The notes: generated by a model from the letters alone, not told the origin. A stretch of 64,000 nt of DNA from an uncultured Thermococci archaeon (GCA_964521515.1 CAZFRW010000001.1:7639-71638); one strand, 5' to 3'; shown: positions 1-9,644, counted from the stretch's first letter. Made by a program: numbers and translations.

Positions 1-328
1 TTGTAAAATCAATAACCTGGTCTGGGAAAACAAGGTGTCCTGGGTGAATCTCTTCTCTTAATGAGCCTACGGCCGTTGTTGCCAGTATATGGGTACAACC
101 GATATTTTTTAATGCCAGTACATTCGCCCGGTAATTTACTCCTGACGGGTAAATCGAATGGTTCCTACCATGCCTTGCTAGGATTACCACATCCTTGCCC
201 TTTATTGTCCCTGTCATAAAAGAACTTGAAGGTTTCCCATACTTTGTCCTCATAACAATCTCTTCATAGTCTTTCAAGAGTTCTGGGTCGTCAAGCCCAC
301 TTCCACCTATAATGCCTATCTTTGTCAT
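1..328 (-). CDS. 5'-methylthioadenosine / purine nucleoside phosphorylase family, N-terminal part (gene runs off the window start)
   Basis: Own translation of the minus strand from ATG at 328-326 gives [90 protein letters not shown]. The IIGGSGL and RHG..H..P..VNYRAN motifs are typical of the MTAP/PNP family. It is not in the ORF track because it is edge-truncated. Confidence 0.75.
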   Translation of the reverse strand, partial: MTKIGIIGGSGLDDPELLKDYEEIVMRTKYGKPSSSFMTGTIKGKDVVILARHGRNHSIYPSGVNYRANVLALKNIGCTHILATTAVGSLREEIHPGHLVFPDQVIDFT

Positions 329-411
329 GTTATCACAAATTCTATACACTTTAATTATATAAAATTTCTTACAGCGAAAAATATTTAAGGTTTAATATAA
401 TCCTTTGCTCT

Positions 412-1434
412 ATGAAGAAAAAAGAACTATTAAGTAAGGAAATAGAACATATAGATATTAAAAGTTTTGACTCGACAGAGATAATTGACGCTTTTTCAAA
501 GATGGCCTTCCAGGCTAAAAATCTTGCAAGAGCCTCACATATACTTGAAAAGATGACTGAGGATAAGGACTGCTCAATAATCTTGTGTCTTGCCGGATCC
601 ATTTTTAGCGCAGGTCTAAAAAAAGTCGTATATGATATGGTAAAGCACAACATGGTCGATGCAATTGTTTCTACAGGTGCAATAATTGTCGACCAGGAGT
701 TCTTTGAAGCTCTAGGATTTAAGCACTACCAGGGGACACCTTTTATCGATGATGAAATCCTAAGAAAGCAGAGCATTGATAGGATTTATGACACATATAT
801 AGACGAAGATGATCTTAGGGTATGTGACATGACTATCGGAAAAATAGCAGATTCACTTGAGCCAAGACCATACTCTTCAAGAGAGTTTATCGTTGCAATG
901 GGAAAGTATCTTGATGAGCACGGAGCCAAAGTTAAAGACTCTATAGTGCTTGAGGCATACAAGAAGGGAGTTCCTATATTTGTTCCAGCATTTTCTGACT
1001 GCAGCGCCGGGTTTGGTCTTGTTTACCACCAGAACAATAGGGGAAACAAGCCCAAGGTTTCAATTGACAGCGCAAAGGATTTCTTTGAACTTACAAAGAT
1101 TAAGATGGCTTCAGAAGACACTGGCCTTTTCATGATAGGCGGAGGCGTTCCAAAAAACTTTGCTCAGGATGTACCAGTTGCAGCCGATGTGCTTGGGAAA
1201 GAGGTCAACATGCATAAATACGCAATCCAGATAACAGTAGCCGACGAGAGGGACGGGGCACTTTCAGGCTCTACTCTAAAGGAAGCACACTCATGGGGTA
1301 AGGTTGAAAGTGGCAGTGAACAGATGGTCTATGCAGAAGCTACAGTTGCCATGCCCTTGATAGTAAGCTATGCTTATCACAAAGGCGGCTGGAAGAAGAG
1401 AAAGGAAAACAGATACAACGATCTTCTAAAATAA
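412..1434 (+). CDS. dys: deoxyhypusine synthase
   Basis: 340-aa ORF of the usual size and domain order for DHS, with an NAD/spermidine-binding GG-rich core (LAGSIFSAGL, MIGGGVPKNF). Confidence 0.9.
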   Translation: MKKKELLSKEIEHIDIKSFDSTEIIDAFSKMAFQAKNLARASHILEKMTEDKDCSIILCLAGSIFSAGLKKVVYDMVKHNMVDAIVSTGAIIVDQEFFEALGFKHYQGTPFIDDEILRKQSIDRIYDTYIDEDDLRVCDMTIGKIADSLEPRPYSSREFIVAMGKYLDEHGAKVKDSIVLEAYKKGVPIFVPAFSDCSAGFGLVYHQNNRGNKPKVSIDSAKDFFELTKIKMASEDTGLFMIGGGVPKNFAQDVPVAADVLGKEVNMHKYAIQITVADERDGALSGSTLKEAHSWGKVESGSEQMVYAEATVAMPLIVSYAYHKGGWKKRKENRYNDLLK

Positions 1435-1509
1435 TCTTTTAATTTTTTATTAAAAAATTTTTTCTATTAATATGATAAATTAGAAAAGAGTTATTTTATA
1501 AAAAAATAT

Positions 1510-1929
1510 TTATTGTTTTTTCTGGATGATTTCGTCGGCCTGCATTTCTATATCGTTCATTCTAGCACTGATATTCTGGAGTGTTGCCTCGTTTTGGCCT
1601 AGGCTTTTTTCGACCTCTTTTAGGGTCTCATCAAGCTTTGAAATTGTCTCGTCAATACTCCTTTCCATTGTGACATCCCTTGCTAGGGTAGTTATCACAG
1701 TATTGACATCGGTGATAGTCCCTTTTACAAAGTTCCCAGCGCCTATTGGTATCAGGATTTCATTTCCTTTCTTTACGCCCTTTAGGCCTTCAAGTGTTAT
1801 CTTTGAAAGAGCAAGCTCGTTTCTATGGGAAGATAGCAATGACAGATTGTTTGAGAGTACTTTTGACTGCTCATTTAGGTAGTTTAGTTCAGAACTAAGC
1901 TTCCTTAAGGCTTCTTCCTCGCCTGCCAT
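1510..1929 (-). CDS. pfdA: prefoldin alpha subunit
   Basis: 139-aa coiled-coil-hairpin-coiled-coil protein. It sits at the end of the conserved archaeal L31e-aIF6-LX-PfdA gene string. Confidence 0.8.
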   Translation of the reverse strand: MAGEEEALRKLSSELNYLNEQSKVLSNNLSLLSSHRNELALSKITLEGLKGVKKGNEILIPIGAGNFVKGTITDVNTVITTLARDVTMERSIDETISKLDETLKEVEKSLGQNEATLQNISARMNDIEMQADEIIQKKQ

Positions 1930-2130
1930 TTACATATCCCCTTTTTTTTCTTCTATACTCTTTATTTCGATGTTTCTTCTTTTACATCCGTAAATTGATC
2001 CAAATTTGGCATAGATGTCCTCTAAAACATCCGTTTCCTTTGTGCCACTAAATTCTTTAACAAAATGTTTTGTGCTAGTTCTTAGTTTAATAATACCTTC
2101 AACTGTATAGGTTTTCATCATAAGATTCAC
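1930..2130 (-). CDS. rplX: 50S ribosomal protein LX (L18Ae/L20A family)
   Basis: 66 aa. YTVEGIIKL...HFVKEF...KETDVLEDIYAKFGS...KRRNIEIKSIEE matches the LX pattern (YRVKG..RL...HFTKEV...EDALEKVYSEIGS..KRNQIKI). It lies between aIF6 and pfdA as in many archaea. Confidence 0.7.
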   Translation of the reverse strand: MNLMMKTYTVEGIIKLRTSTKHFVKEFSGTKETDVLEDIYAKFGSIYGCKRRNIEIKSIEEKKGDM

Positions 2131-2131
2131 C

Positions 2132-2785
2132 TCATACGCCCATTATGTCTTCAACATAACTTAATTCAATACCTGTTGTTGTTTCTCCAACAACTGCCCC
2201 TTTATCATTTACTATAATACAGGCCCCAATATAGGAAACTCCCCTATTTAGAGTTGACATCCTTACATCGACCTTTAACAGGTCTTTTATAAGGGAAATG
2301 TCTTCTTCCTTTGCTTCTTTGTGGACAAGGCATCCCATGTTGTTTGTCCTTGCTACACTGCCAACATATTTGTGATTTCCTATGGAAGCGATAGTTGTTT
2401 CAACACCTAGTGCATCTTCAATTAGCTTCTGCTCGTCTGTCAATATTGGGCTTATTATCGCTCCTTTGTCATTTGAAAGGATAAGATTTCCAACTGCAGT
2501 TTCCTTAGTGTTTAGGATGCAGTTATTTATCCCCATATCCTCTATTAATTGAAGCTCTTCGTCCTCAATTACATAAGGAAGTATAATCCCATTATTGTTA
2601 CCTGCAATATAAATGCCCGCTAGATCAGTTGCGGCAATTGTGCTCATTATAAGTTCAGTTCCAAGAGCTTCCTTTATAATTCCGGCATGCTCCCCAACAT
2701 CTTCTCTTACGATAGTTACATTGTTATTAGTAAAACTGAATATACCAACAAACGGATTGCCACTGATCTTCAACTGTCTTATCAT
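2132..2785 (-). CDS. eif6: translation initiation factor 6 (aIF6)
   Basis: 217 aa with pentameric-repeat eIF6 architecture, including repeated GV..T segments. Conserved position after L31e. Confidence 0.9.
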   Translation of the reverse strand: MIRQLKISGNPFVGIFSFTNNNVTIVREDVGEHAGIIKEALGTELIMSTIAATDLAGIYIAGNNNGIILPYVIEDEELQLIEDMGINNCILNTKETAVGNLILSNDKGAIISPILTDEQKLIEDALGVETTIASIGNHKYVGSVARTNNMGCLVHKEAKEEDISLIKDLLKVDVRMSTLNRGVSYIGACIIVNDKGAVVGETTTGIELSYVEDIMGV

Positions 2786-2790
2786 TAACT

Positions 2791-3075
2791 TTACTCCGCA
2801 AGATAAGCAGTAACAACATCTCTCTTTTCTTCTTCCCCTTCTTCGCCCTTTACTATCTTAATTTTAATCTTTGAAGGAGAACTCTCAATGCCTTTTTCCC
2901 AGAGTTTCTCATTTAAGGATTTGTCAATCTTTACATTCTCACATTTTGAATGTTTAACAACAAACTCTCTCAAGGCTCTTGTTGCTCTTGCAGCTCTCTG
3001 TCCTTTTGGGGCTTCTTTAACTTTCCTTAAGGGTACCACATATAATCTCTCTTCATTATTGTCCAAAGTTCTCAC
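2791..3075 (-). CDS. rpl31e: 50S ribosomal protein L31e
   Basis: 94 aa. The RLYVVPLRK...KGQRAARATRALREFVVKH signature is typical of L31e. Confidence 0.85.
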   Translation of the reverse strand: MRTLDNNEERLYVVPLRKVKEAPKGQRAARATRALREFVVKHSKCENVKIDKSLNEKLWEKGIESSPSKIKIKIVKGEEGEEEKRDVVTAYLAE

Positions 3076-3077
3076 CT

Positions 3078-3233
3078 CTACTTCTTAAGAGAAGTTCTTC
3101 GCCAATTTCTTCTTTTTGGATGTGATCTAATTTTTAATTTAGTTTTGGCCCATACCCAAACAGGGACTCTTCTGTTTTGATTCATGGCCTTACCTAGTCT
3201 CTTCTTTTTTCCGAGTCCTTTGTTTCTCGACAT
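3078..3233 (-). CDS. rpl39e: 50S ribosomal protein L39e
   Basis: Own translation gives [51 protein letters not shown] (51 aa). It is below the ORF-track size cutoff and immediately upstream of L31e, as in other archaea. Confidence 0.8.
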   Translation of the reverse strand: MSRNKGLGKKKRLGKAMNQNRRVPVWVWAKTKLKIRSHPKRRNWRRTSLKK

Positions 3234-3452
3234 GATAATCCTCCAATAATAGCGAGTTTATTAGGCTTTTAAATATCTATTTATATGTCTTTTGTTTACG
3301 ATTCAGACGATAAATATTCTGTTTAAAAAGCTTTCAATCAGAATAATGCCACTATTAAATTAACTCTAAAATAAGAATTTGTAAATATAAAAAATAAAAG
3401 GACTTTTCCTATAGTGATTAGAAATAACCTTTTACAAAAAAACTCTACTACT

Positions 3453-3616
3453 TAATATCTTCTTGGATTCTTCTTTTGGTAGCAATCCCTACAGTAAACA
3501 GGTCTTGTGCCATCTGGTTTAAATGGTACTTCAGTTTCCTGTCCACAAGCTGCACATGTTACTTTGTGCATTTCACGAGGTGGTCTGTTGTAGCCGCCTC
3601 GGTTTTCGCCATACAT
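3453..3616 (-). CDS. small zinc-ribbon protein (CxxC-x19-CxxC)
   Basis: Own translation gives MYGENRGGYNRPPREMHKVTCAACGQETEVPFKPDGTRPVYCRDCYQKKNPRRY (54 aa). It is not in the ORF track, and the 3476..3685 + ORF is its antisense. It has basic termini and a compact treble-clef-like core. Confidence 0.55.
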
Positions 3617-3872
3617 TTTTATTACTCCTTTATATATTTGACCCTTTTACAGGCCCTAAACATAGTATATGTAATTAGTTTATAAAGTTGTCGATTTTAG
3701 CTGATAGTTTTTATATCCAATTATCACTTTATTAAGATAATCTACAGTATTTTTTATATAATTAATACAAATTACGCGTTCTATTGCTACAAACATATAG
3801 AGTTATAATTTCCTAGTCTACATTTTATTACTTATTAAATTTTACAAAATATTTATATATTGGATTTAGAAA

Positions 3873-4481
3873 ATGCAAAATACAGATATAACTAGGGGTT
3901 CTATTTTGGAAGACATTACCAACTGTTTTAAGTGCGGGACAAAACTTCCCGAGGAATCTAACTACTGTTTCAAATGCGGCTTTAAAATAAAAGATTTTCA
4001 AATCGACAACATATTTTCTGACGACAATTCAAAAGATGATGCTCATTACTACGAAAAGGCATCAGAGAAGTTTTTTTTTGTAGGGCTTTCATTTTTCAAA
4101 AGTGGGGCATATCTAGAGGCCATTTCTAACTTTACAAAGGCAATTGAATTAAAAAATGATTTTGCTGAAGCCCACTACCACAGAGGTCAGGCATATATCA
4201 AAGAAAGCAAATACGATGACGCAATCAGTGACTTTACAAAAGCGATAGAAATTGATCCTACGTTTAAAGATGCATATTTCCAGCGCGGCAATACATTCTT
4301 TGAGCAGGGATCCAAAGAGAGGGCAAGAGAGGACTATGAAAAGATAATAGAGCTTGATATTGAAATATCCTCCCATATATTTGATAAATTACACAATTTC
4401 ATGGAGTCCTGGGTAAATAATATTACGAAGAACAATAAAACTAACCCTTCGATAGAAAATGATTTTGTAAATGACTCATAA
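3873..4481 (+). CDS. zinc-ribbon plus TPR-repeat protein
   Basis: N-terminal CFKCGTK...CFKCGFK zinc ribbon followed by three recognisable TPR units (AISNFTKAIELKNDFAEAHYHRGQAY... repeated). Confidence 0.6.
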   Translation: MQNTDITRGSILEDITNCFKCGTKLPEESNYCFKCGFKIKDFQIDNIFSDDNSKDDAHYYEKASEKFFFVGLSFFKSGAYLEAISNFTKAIELKNDFAEAHYHRGQAYIKESKYDDAISDFTKAIEIDPTFKDAYFQRGNTFFEQGSKERAREDYEKIIELDIEISSHIFDKLHNFMESWVNNITKNNKTNPSIENDFVNDS

Positions 4482-4484
4482 TTT

Positions 4485-5021
4485 TTAGATATTGTATCTT
4501 CTTATCTTTTCTATAGATTTTCTGCTTTTCTTTTTAGGGGAATCGGCCGGATACCCAACAGCTATAATAAGTGAAACTGATTTATTTCCCGGGATTTTTA
4601 AAATCTGCTTAACATTCTTTTCGTTAAAATAGCCTAAGATACATGTCCCAAGCTCTTCTTCTGTCGCCTTAAGGCAGAAGTGTGAGGATACAATTCCAGC
4701 GTCCATGAGACTATAATCTCTTCCTTGGGTAAATCTTCCAAGAAAGCTTGTCATAACTGGATTCTCATTTACTACAACAACAAGGGCGGGCGCGGCAAGT
4801 GTGAATTTGTTGAATGAAGCTACCGCGTCAAATGTCTCTTTTGCAATTTTCTCTTTCAGTTCTGGATCATCTACTACTATGAAACTCCATGGTTGGGCAT
4901 TTACTGCAGAAGGTGCAAGTCTTGAAGCTTCAAGACACCTCTCAATCTTTTCCCTTTCAACTGCTTTGTCAAGGTATTTCCTGCAGCTGTACCTTTTTTC
5001 GCAAAGTTCTAAAAAATCCAA
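4485..5021 (-). CDS. nitroreductase family protein
   Basis: CEKRYSCRKY...APSAVNAQPW motif near the N-terminus; 178 aa. Confidence 0.75.
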   Translation of the reverse strand: MDFLELCEKRYSCRKYLDKAVEREKIERCLEASRLAPSAVNAQPWSFIVVDDPELKEKIAKETFDAVASFNKFTLAAPALVVVVNENPVMTSFLGRFTQGRDYSLMDAGIVSSHFCLKATEEELGTCILGYFNEKNVKQILKIPGNKSVSLIIAVGYPADSPKKKSRKSIEKIRRYNI

Positions 5022-5660
5022 TTATTCACCTTTATGGAGTTTTCTGTATTCCACATACGAGTAAACAACAAGGTATGCAGATACGACTAGGATCGGCCCT
5101 ATCATAAGGAGAAATGCTATATCTTTGAAGAATACTCCAAAAAAGGCTATTATCCCCGAGGCTTTGAAAAGCGTTGAACCGAGTTTGTGGGTCTTTTCCC
5201 AGACACGATCATCACTTATTGTCCAAGGTGTTCTGATACCAATAAAGAAGTTGCTTTTTGTTTTTTCCAAAGCAACACCCATATAAAAAAATAGGGCCCC
5301 AAAAGCAGGGCTTAGCATCTGGGTCATATTGAATTTGTATCCAAGCCCAGCCAGTAAAGATAGAATAAATAGGTAAAAAAGGAATCCTATTGTAACTAAA
5401 ATTATCCCTCTATAATAATTATCAAAATCCTCTATATTTTTTCCTCTTGGGTCATACTTTGGGATAAATGTAAAGAGCACAAATAAGCCAAATGAGATGG
5501 TAGGCAGTAAAAATACTCCCCAGAATTTGTCCATGTATCCATCAATCTCGCCTTGGGCATTCCAGTGGGTGGGCATAATATCTGGTAGATATTGATAAGC
5601 AAACGCACCGATAATAAATGATAGAAATATAATCCCTAAAGAGATATCATTAGCTTTCAT
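5022..5660 (-). CDS. SdpI/YhfL-family (DUF1648) membrane protein
   Basis: 212 aa with four or five TM helices. The N-terminal LPDIMPTHWNAQGEIDGY motif resembles DUF1648/SdpI immunity-type proteins. Confidence 0.5.
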   Translation of the reverse strand: MKANDISLGIIFLSFIIGAFAYQYLPDIMPTHWNAQGEIDGYMDKFWGVFLLPTISFGLFVLFTFIPKYDPRGKNIEDFDNYYRGIILVTIGFLFYLFILSLLAGLGYKFNMTQMLSPAFGALFFYMGVALEKTKSNFFIGIRTPWTISDDRVWEKTHKLGSTLFKASGIIAFFGVFFKDIAFLLMIGPILVVSAYLVVYSYVEYRKLHKGE

Positions 5661-5696
5661 TGCCCCAAAGAGAATCCTCTAGTTTAAAAAGTTATT

Positions 5697-7478
5697 TTAT
5701 TTTTGCCATTTAATCTTGTCATATATTTTGTGAGATACAGTTGATACTTCTCTTTCAAACCCATCCGAGATTTTGAATTTATCTTCATCATCTCCAATGT
5801 CCTTTGCGATTCTATATGCTTTTAAGAGGTCAGATTTTGTAATAATCCCATAAATCTCTTTTGAGATTGGATCTAATACTATAACCCTCCCGCATTTTCT
5901 CTCGTCCATTATCCCCAAGATTTTGGGCACTGTATCATAAGGAAGGACATAGTTTGGGGGGGACATTGCGTCCCTGATCTTTAGGAATGGTATCTTTTTA
6001 CTATCTATGTTTTTGACTTTGTTATTAGAGATGATACCTAAAAGCTCCCCTTCTTCTATCACGGGAAACCCAAGTTTTTTGTATTTCTTAACATAGTCCC
6101 AAAATTTAGTAAGCGGCATGTTTGGGTCCATTGAAATTATCTCTTTGGACATTATATCCTTGGCCCGGACATCGTTTAAATCCTTAGAAAACGACTTTAC
6201 CGTTGATAGTTTTCTATCAAGCTTTATCGTGTCTATTGATGACCTTCCTAAGAAAATTATCGAAACCCCATAGCTTACCATGACTGAAAGCATTATGGCC
6301 GGTATAATTGAATAGTCTGAGGTCATCTCTGGGATCATGACTATGCATGTCAATGGAACTTTTGCAACGCTTGCAAAAAATGCCCCCATTCCAATAAGTG
6401 CATATGCTTCTGGATAGCTTACTACGTTTGGTGCAAGCTGAACAAAGATTAACCCCATGGCACCTCCAATCATTGATCCTAGATATAGGGATGGTGAAAA
6501 TAATCCACCTGAAGCGCCTGAACCCAATGTGAATGAAGTTGCAAGCATCTTTGCTACAAAAAGAAGTAATAATAGCGATAGTCCAATCTTTCCAGAAAGT
6601 GCCGCATTTATCCCTTCAAAGCCACCGCCTAAAACTCCATACCGAACAAATGAAAATCCAATTAAACCTGTTAAAAGTCCACCAATAGCTGGCTTATAAT
6701 AAAATGGAATCTTAGCCTTTTCAAAACTGTCTTCAATTAAGTAGAATACTTTAATGAATACATATGAGGCAACACCGGTCACTGCACCAAGCAGGATGTA
6801 AAATGGTACCTCTGCCGGATTAAAGGCAAAAGGTATTGCGTGTATCATCGCTTCTTGGCCTAAAACAGCCCTGGAAAAACTCACTGAGATTACGGAGGCA
6901 AGTGCAATCGGTATTACGCTTAGCGGAGAAAAATCAGCAAGAATCAATTCGAAACCAAATATTGCACCACCAAGCGGTGTATTAAACGCGGCAGAAAGAC
7001 CAGAGGATAATCCGCTTACAACAAGTATCCTTGTTTTTCTCTCGTCAAATTTAAAGAACTGGCCGAAAGCAGATCCGATAGAGGCCCCAATCTGGGCGAT
7101 AGGACCTTCCCTTCCTGCGCTCCCCCCGCTCCCGATAGTAATTGCAGAAACTATTGTCTTAAAGAATGCAACCCTTTTTCTGATAATGCTTCCCTTGGCG
7201 TTTATGGCATACATGACTTCTGGGATGCCATGGCCTTTTGATTCCTTGCAATATCTGTATATGATTGGCCCAACTATAAGCCCTCCTATGGCCGGTATTA
7301 AAATAATACTCAGGGCCTCAAAGAATCCTCTTTGGAAAATTGTTTCAAAGAAATATTTACTGTAGTCTATCATCTTGGCAAAGACTATAGCCCCTATAGC
7401 CCCAAATATACCTAAAATTATGGCTATAAAGTTAAGTTCTGCCCATTCTTTAAGATAATGTAAGTTTTTAATTTGCAC
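5697..7478 (-). CDS. ClC-type chloride channel/transporter with C-terminal CBS pair
   Basis: GSGGSAGREGP and GxFxP ClC selectivity motifs, about 10 TM segments, then two CBS domains. Confidence 0.85.
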   Translation of the reverse strand: MQIKNLHYLKEWAELNFIAIILGIFGAIGAIVFAKMIDYSKYFFETIFQRGFFEALSIILIPAIGGLIVGPIIYRYCKESKGHGIPEVMYAINAKGSIIRKRVAFFKTIVSAITIGSGGSAGREGPIAQIGASIGSAFGQFFKFDERKTRILVVSGLSSGLSAAFNTPLGGAIFGFELILADFSPLSVIPIALASVISVSFSRAVLGQEAMIHAIPFAFNPAEVPFYILLGAVTGVASYVFIKVFYLIEDSFEKAKIPFYYKPAIGGLLTGLIGFSFVRYGVLGGGFEGINAALSGKIGLSLLLLLFVAKMLATSFTLGSGASGGLFSPSLYLGSMIGGAMGLIFVQLAPNVVSYPEAYALIGMGAFFASVAKVPLTCIVMIPEMTSDYSIIPAIMLSVMVSYGVSIIFLGRSSIDTIKLDRKLSTVKSFSKDLNDVRAKDIMSKEIISMDPNMPLTKFWDYVKKYKKLGFPVIEEGELLGIISNNKVKNIDSKKIPFLKIRDAMSPPNYVLPYDTVPKILGIMDERKCGRVIVLDPISKEIYGIITKSDLLKAYRIAKDIGDDEDKFKISDGFEREVSTVSHKIYDKIKWQK

Positions 7479-7532
7479 TTATTATAGAAACCCAATTACC
7501 AATTTAAAGATTTACCTCTTCATACCAAAAAG

Positions 7533-7542
7533 CTTTAAAAAC
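7533..7542 (+). promoter_or_regulatory. TATA-box-like element (CTTTAAAAAC) upstream of rps19e
   Basis: AT-rich TTTAAAAA about 33-40 nt upstream of the S19e start, followed by the GAGAGG SD-like sequence. Confidence 0.25.
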
Positions 7543-7574
7543 ATAACAATAATGCTCTTTTAATACCAAGAGAG

Positions 7575-8033
7575 GTGAGTATTATTACAACAGTATATGA
7601 TGTTCCTGCTGATATGCTAATTGATGGTGTTAAGGAAGAGTTGAAAAACGACAAGAATTTGACACCACCCCAGTGGGCAACCTTTGTTAAGACCGGATCA
7701 TCAAGAGAGAAAGTTCCAGACCAGCAAGACTGGTGGTATATAAGAGCGGCAGCTATAATGAGAAAGGTTTACGTTTACGGACCAGTCGGCGTTGAGACAT
7801 TGAGAGTCGACTATGGTGGCAAAAAGAACAGAGGCGTAAAACCTGAGAAGTTTAGAAAATCATCTGGTGCAATTATTAGAAAGATATTTTCACAGCTTGA
7901 GAAAGGCGGATACATAACGAAAGCTGAGAAGGGAAGAATAATATCCTCCCAAGGAATGTCTCTTCTTGACAAAAAGGCTTTAGAGATTAAGTCCAAGATA
8001 GCAGTAGATATACCTGAACTTAATAAATATTAA
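7575..8033 (+). CDS. rps19e: 30S ribosomal protein S19e
   Basis: TTVYDVPADMLI... N-terminus typical of S19e. A GTG start is listed at 7575; an ATT at 7581, following the GAGAGGTGA SD-like sequence, would give M-ITTVYDVPAD instead. Confidence 0.85.
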   Translation: MSIITTVYDVPADMLIDGVKEELKNDKNLTPPQWATFVKTGSSREKVPDQQDWWYIRAAAIMRKVYVYGPVGVETLRVDYGGKKNRGVKPEKFRKSSGAIIRKIFSQLEKGGYITKAEKGRIISSQGMSLLDKKALEIKSKIAVDIPELNKY

Positions 8034-8045
8034 TAAAGTGATTTT

Positions 8046-8375
8046 TTGCCGGACGAAGCTGAAGCCATAAAGAAAAAGAAGTTAGAAGAACTTCAACAGC
8101 AAGCGTTAGCTGATGAAAAGGCTAGGCAGCAGAAGGTTGAATTTGAACTTCAGAAGCAGCAAATATTACGTGCACTTCTTTCCTCTGAAGCCAGAGAGAG
8201 GCTTACTAGGGTAAAGATGGCAAGAAAAGAAGAAGCCGAGCAGATAGAACTTTTATTGATTCAGCTTTACCAACAAGGAAAAATCACAAAGCAAGTTGAC
8301 GATGCGATGTTAAAACAGATCCTCGAAAAGGCCCTTATGAGCAACAAGAGGGAGTTTAAGATTCGAAGGATCTAG
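8046..8375 (+). CDS. PDCD5/TFAR19-like dsDNA-binding protein (MTH1615 family)
   Basis: TTG start. 109 aa, with the acidic/Q-rich helix KKKLEELQQQ and a conserved C-terminal helix. Commonly adjacent to S19e in archaea. Confidence 0.7.
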   Translation: MPDEAEAIKKKKLEELQQQALADEKARQQKVEFELQKQQILRALLSSEARERLTRVKMARKEEAEQIELLLIQLYQQGKITKQVDDAMLKQILEKALMSNKREFKIRRI

Positions 8376-8380
8376 TCGTT

Positions 8381-8989
8381 ATGGAAACGGCTGTCTTATT
8401 TTCTGGGGGGAAGGATTCCTCCCTTACTAATATTTTTCTAAAAAAAATACTTCCTTGTGAGATTACAAATTACACAATAACATTTGGTATAAACTCCAAC
8501 TGGAAGTATGCAGAAGAGACTGCAAAGGCACTTGAATTTCCCTTTAAACTTTATGAAATTGATAAAGAGCTGCTTGAGAAAACCGTCGATAGAATTGTGA
8601 GGGACGGATTTGCAAACGATGGCATTACATTTCTCCACAAATGGGTGATAGAGTCTTTCTTGGAAGATGTAAATGTTGACATGATCGCAGATGGAACTAG
8701 AAGGGACGACAGAAGCCCTAGATTAGAGCTTTCTGATATGAGGCGCATTGAAGATAAGTATGATGTGGCATACGTTGCGCCCCTTATGGGGATAAGCTAC
8801 AGGATATTAAAACCGATATGTCACGCCTTATTTATCATAGAGGAAGGGCCTACCGACCTTATTAAAAAAAGTGATTATGAGTCTGAGATAAAAGACTTAA
8901 TGAAACAAAGAGGCCTTTATCCTTATGATTTTTTCCCAAAACACTCCCAGAGCAGAGTAATAGGGTATAAAGACCGATACGCATTCTAG
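8381..8989 (+). CDS. PP-loop (N-type) ATP pyrophosphatase; possibly a diphthine-ammonia ligase (Dph6)-like or tRNA-thiolation enzyme
   Basis: Exact SGGKDS PP-loop at residues 8-13; 202 aa. It lies 5 nt after the PDCD5-like gene in a translation-related operon. Confidence 0.65.
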   Translation: METAVLFSGGKDSSLTNIFLKKILPCEITNYTITFGINSNWKYAEETAKALEFPFKLYEIDKELLEKTVDRIVRDGFANDGITFLHKWVIESFLEDVNVDMIADGTRRDDRSPRLELSDMRRIEDKYDVAYVAPLMGISYRILKPICHALFIIEEGPTDLIKKSDYESEIKDLMKQRGLYPYDFFPKHSQSRVIGYKDRYAF

Positions 8990-9149
8990 TGATTATTTTA
9001 ATTAAAACAATTGTTTTTTCTAAATCCTTTATCTTTTAATATTTTTAATGATAAACTATTTAATTAAATGTTACCTTTATTGTTTAACATTATTAACTAA
9101 AATGATTAACTATATCTTCTCATCAATTACCATAACTAGTGGTGATCAT

Positions 9150-9605
9150 ATGGCAATGTTCAATGAGACTTATGCGAAATTAAAGAATCAGACTGAACTT
9201 GAGATTCTAAAGACTATTAGAACAGCGCTCTATGAAGTTGGATATCCAGGTGGCAAGTATCTTGAAAAACTACAGATAATTTCTGCCATATACCAACTTT
9301 ACAGGGCAAAGGATTTGGTCAAAGAGATTAAAAATAAAAGTGATTACCAGTTTAGAGATCTTATTACCTCCATTTATGTTGATATAGATTCACTTTCCCG
9401 AGAGTTTGAATATACGAGAGACCACCCTTCAGTTGAAAGATGCGATATTGCAAGAGAAAAATTATTTGGTGTTCGGGATAAAATGGTGCAGCTATGTAAA
9501 AATCTCGGCGTAACAGATGGAGAGATTTCAAATATTCTAAGGGACTACACTCCAAGACCAAATGAAGATCTTACAAGTTACCGCAAGAACACAAATAGGA
9601 GATAA
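9150..9605 (+). CDS. hypothetical protein
   Basis: The ORF track starts at 9048. ATG 9150, preceded by GGTGA four nt upstream, is the more likely start (MAMFNETYAKL...). No recognisable family. Confidence 0.45.
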   Translation: MAMFNETYAKLKNQTELEILKTIRTALYEVGYPGGKYLEKLQIISAIYQLYRAKDLVKEIKNKSDYQFRDLITSIYVDIDSLSREFEYTRDHPSVERCDIAREKLFGVRDKMVQLCKNLGVTDGEISNILRDYTPRPNEDLTSYRKNTNRR

Positions 9606-9644
9606 TTTCTTTCCTGTTCTTTTTTATAATGATTTTTTAAAATA

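Noticed and set aside
369-653. 94-aa minus-strand ORF
   Set aside because: It lies entirely antisense within the well-supported deoxyhypusine synthase gene, and has low-complexity F/S/I-rich composition typical of AT-rich antisense frames.
3476-3685. 69-aa plus-strand ORF
   Set aside because: It is antisense to the 54-aa zinc-ribbon gene found by translation. The plus-strand product is hydrophobic low-complexity with no motif.
6457-6699. 80-aa plus-strand ORF (also 10258..10599, 17584..17913, 53133..53705 and similar)
   Set aside because: All are embedded antisense in long, motif-supported genes (ClC channel, PrsW, permease, McrC-like) and have no features of their own.
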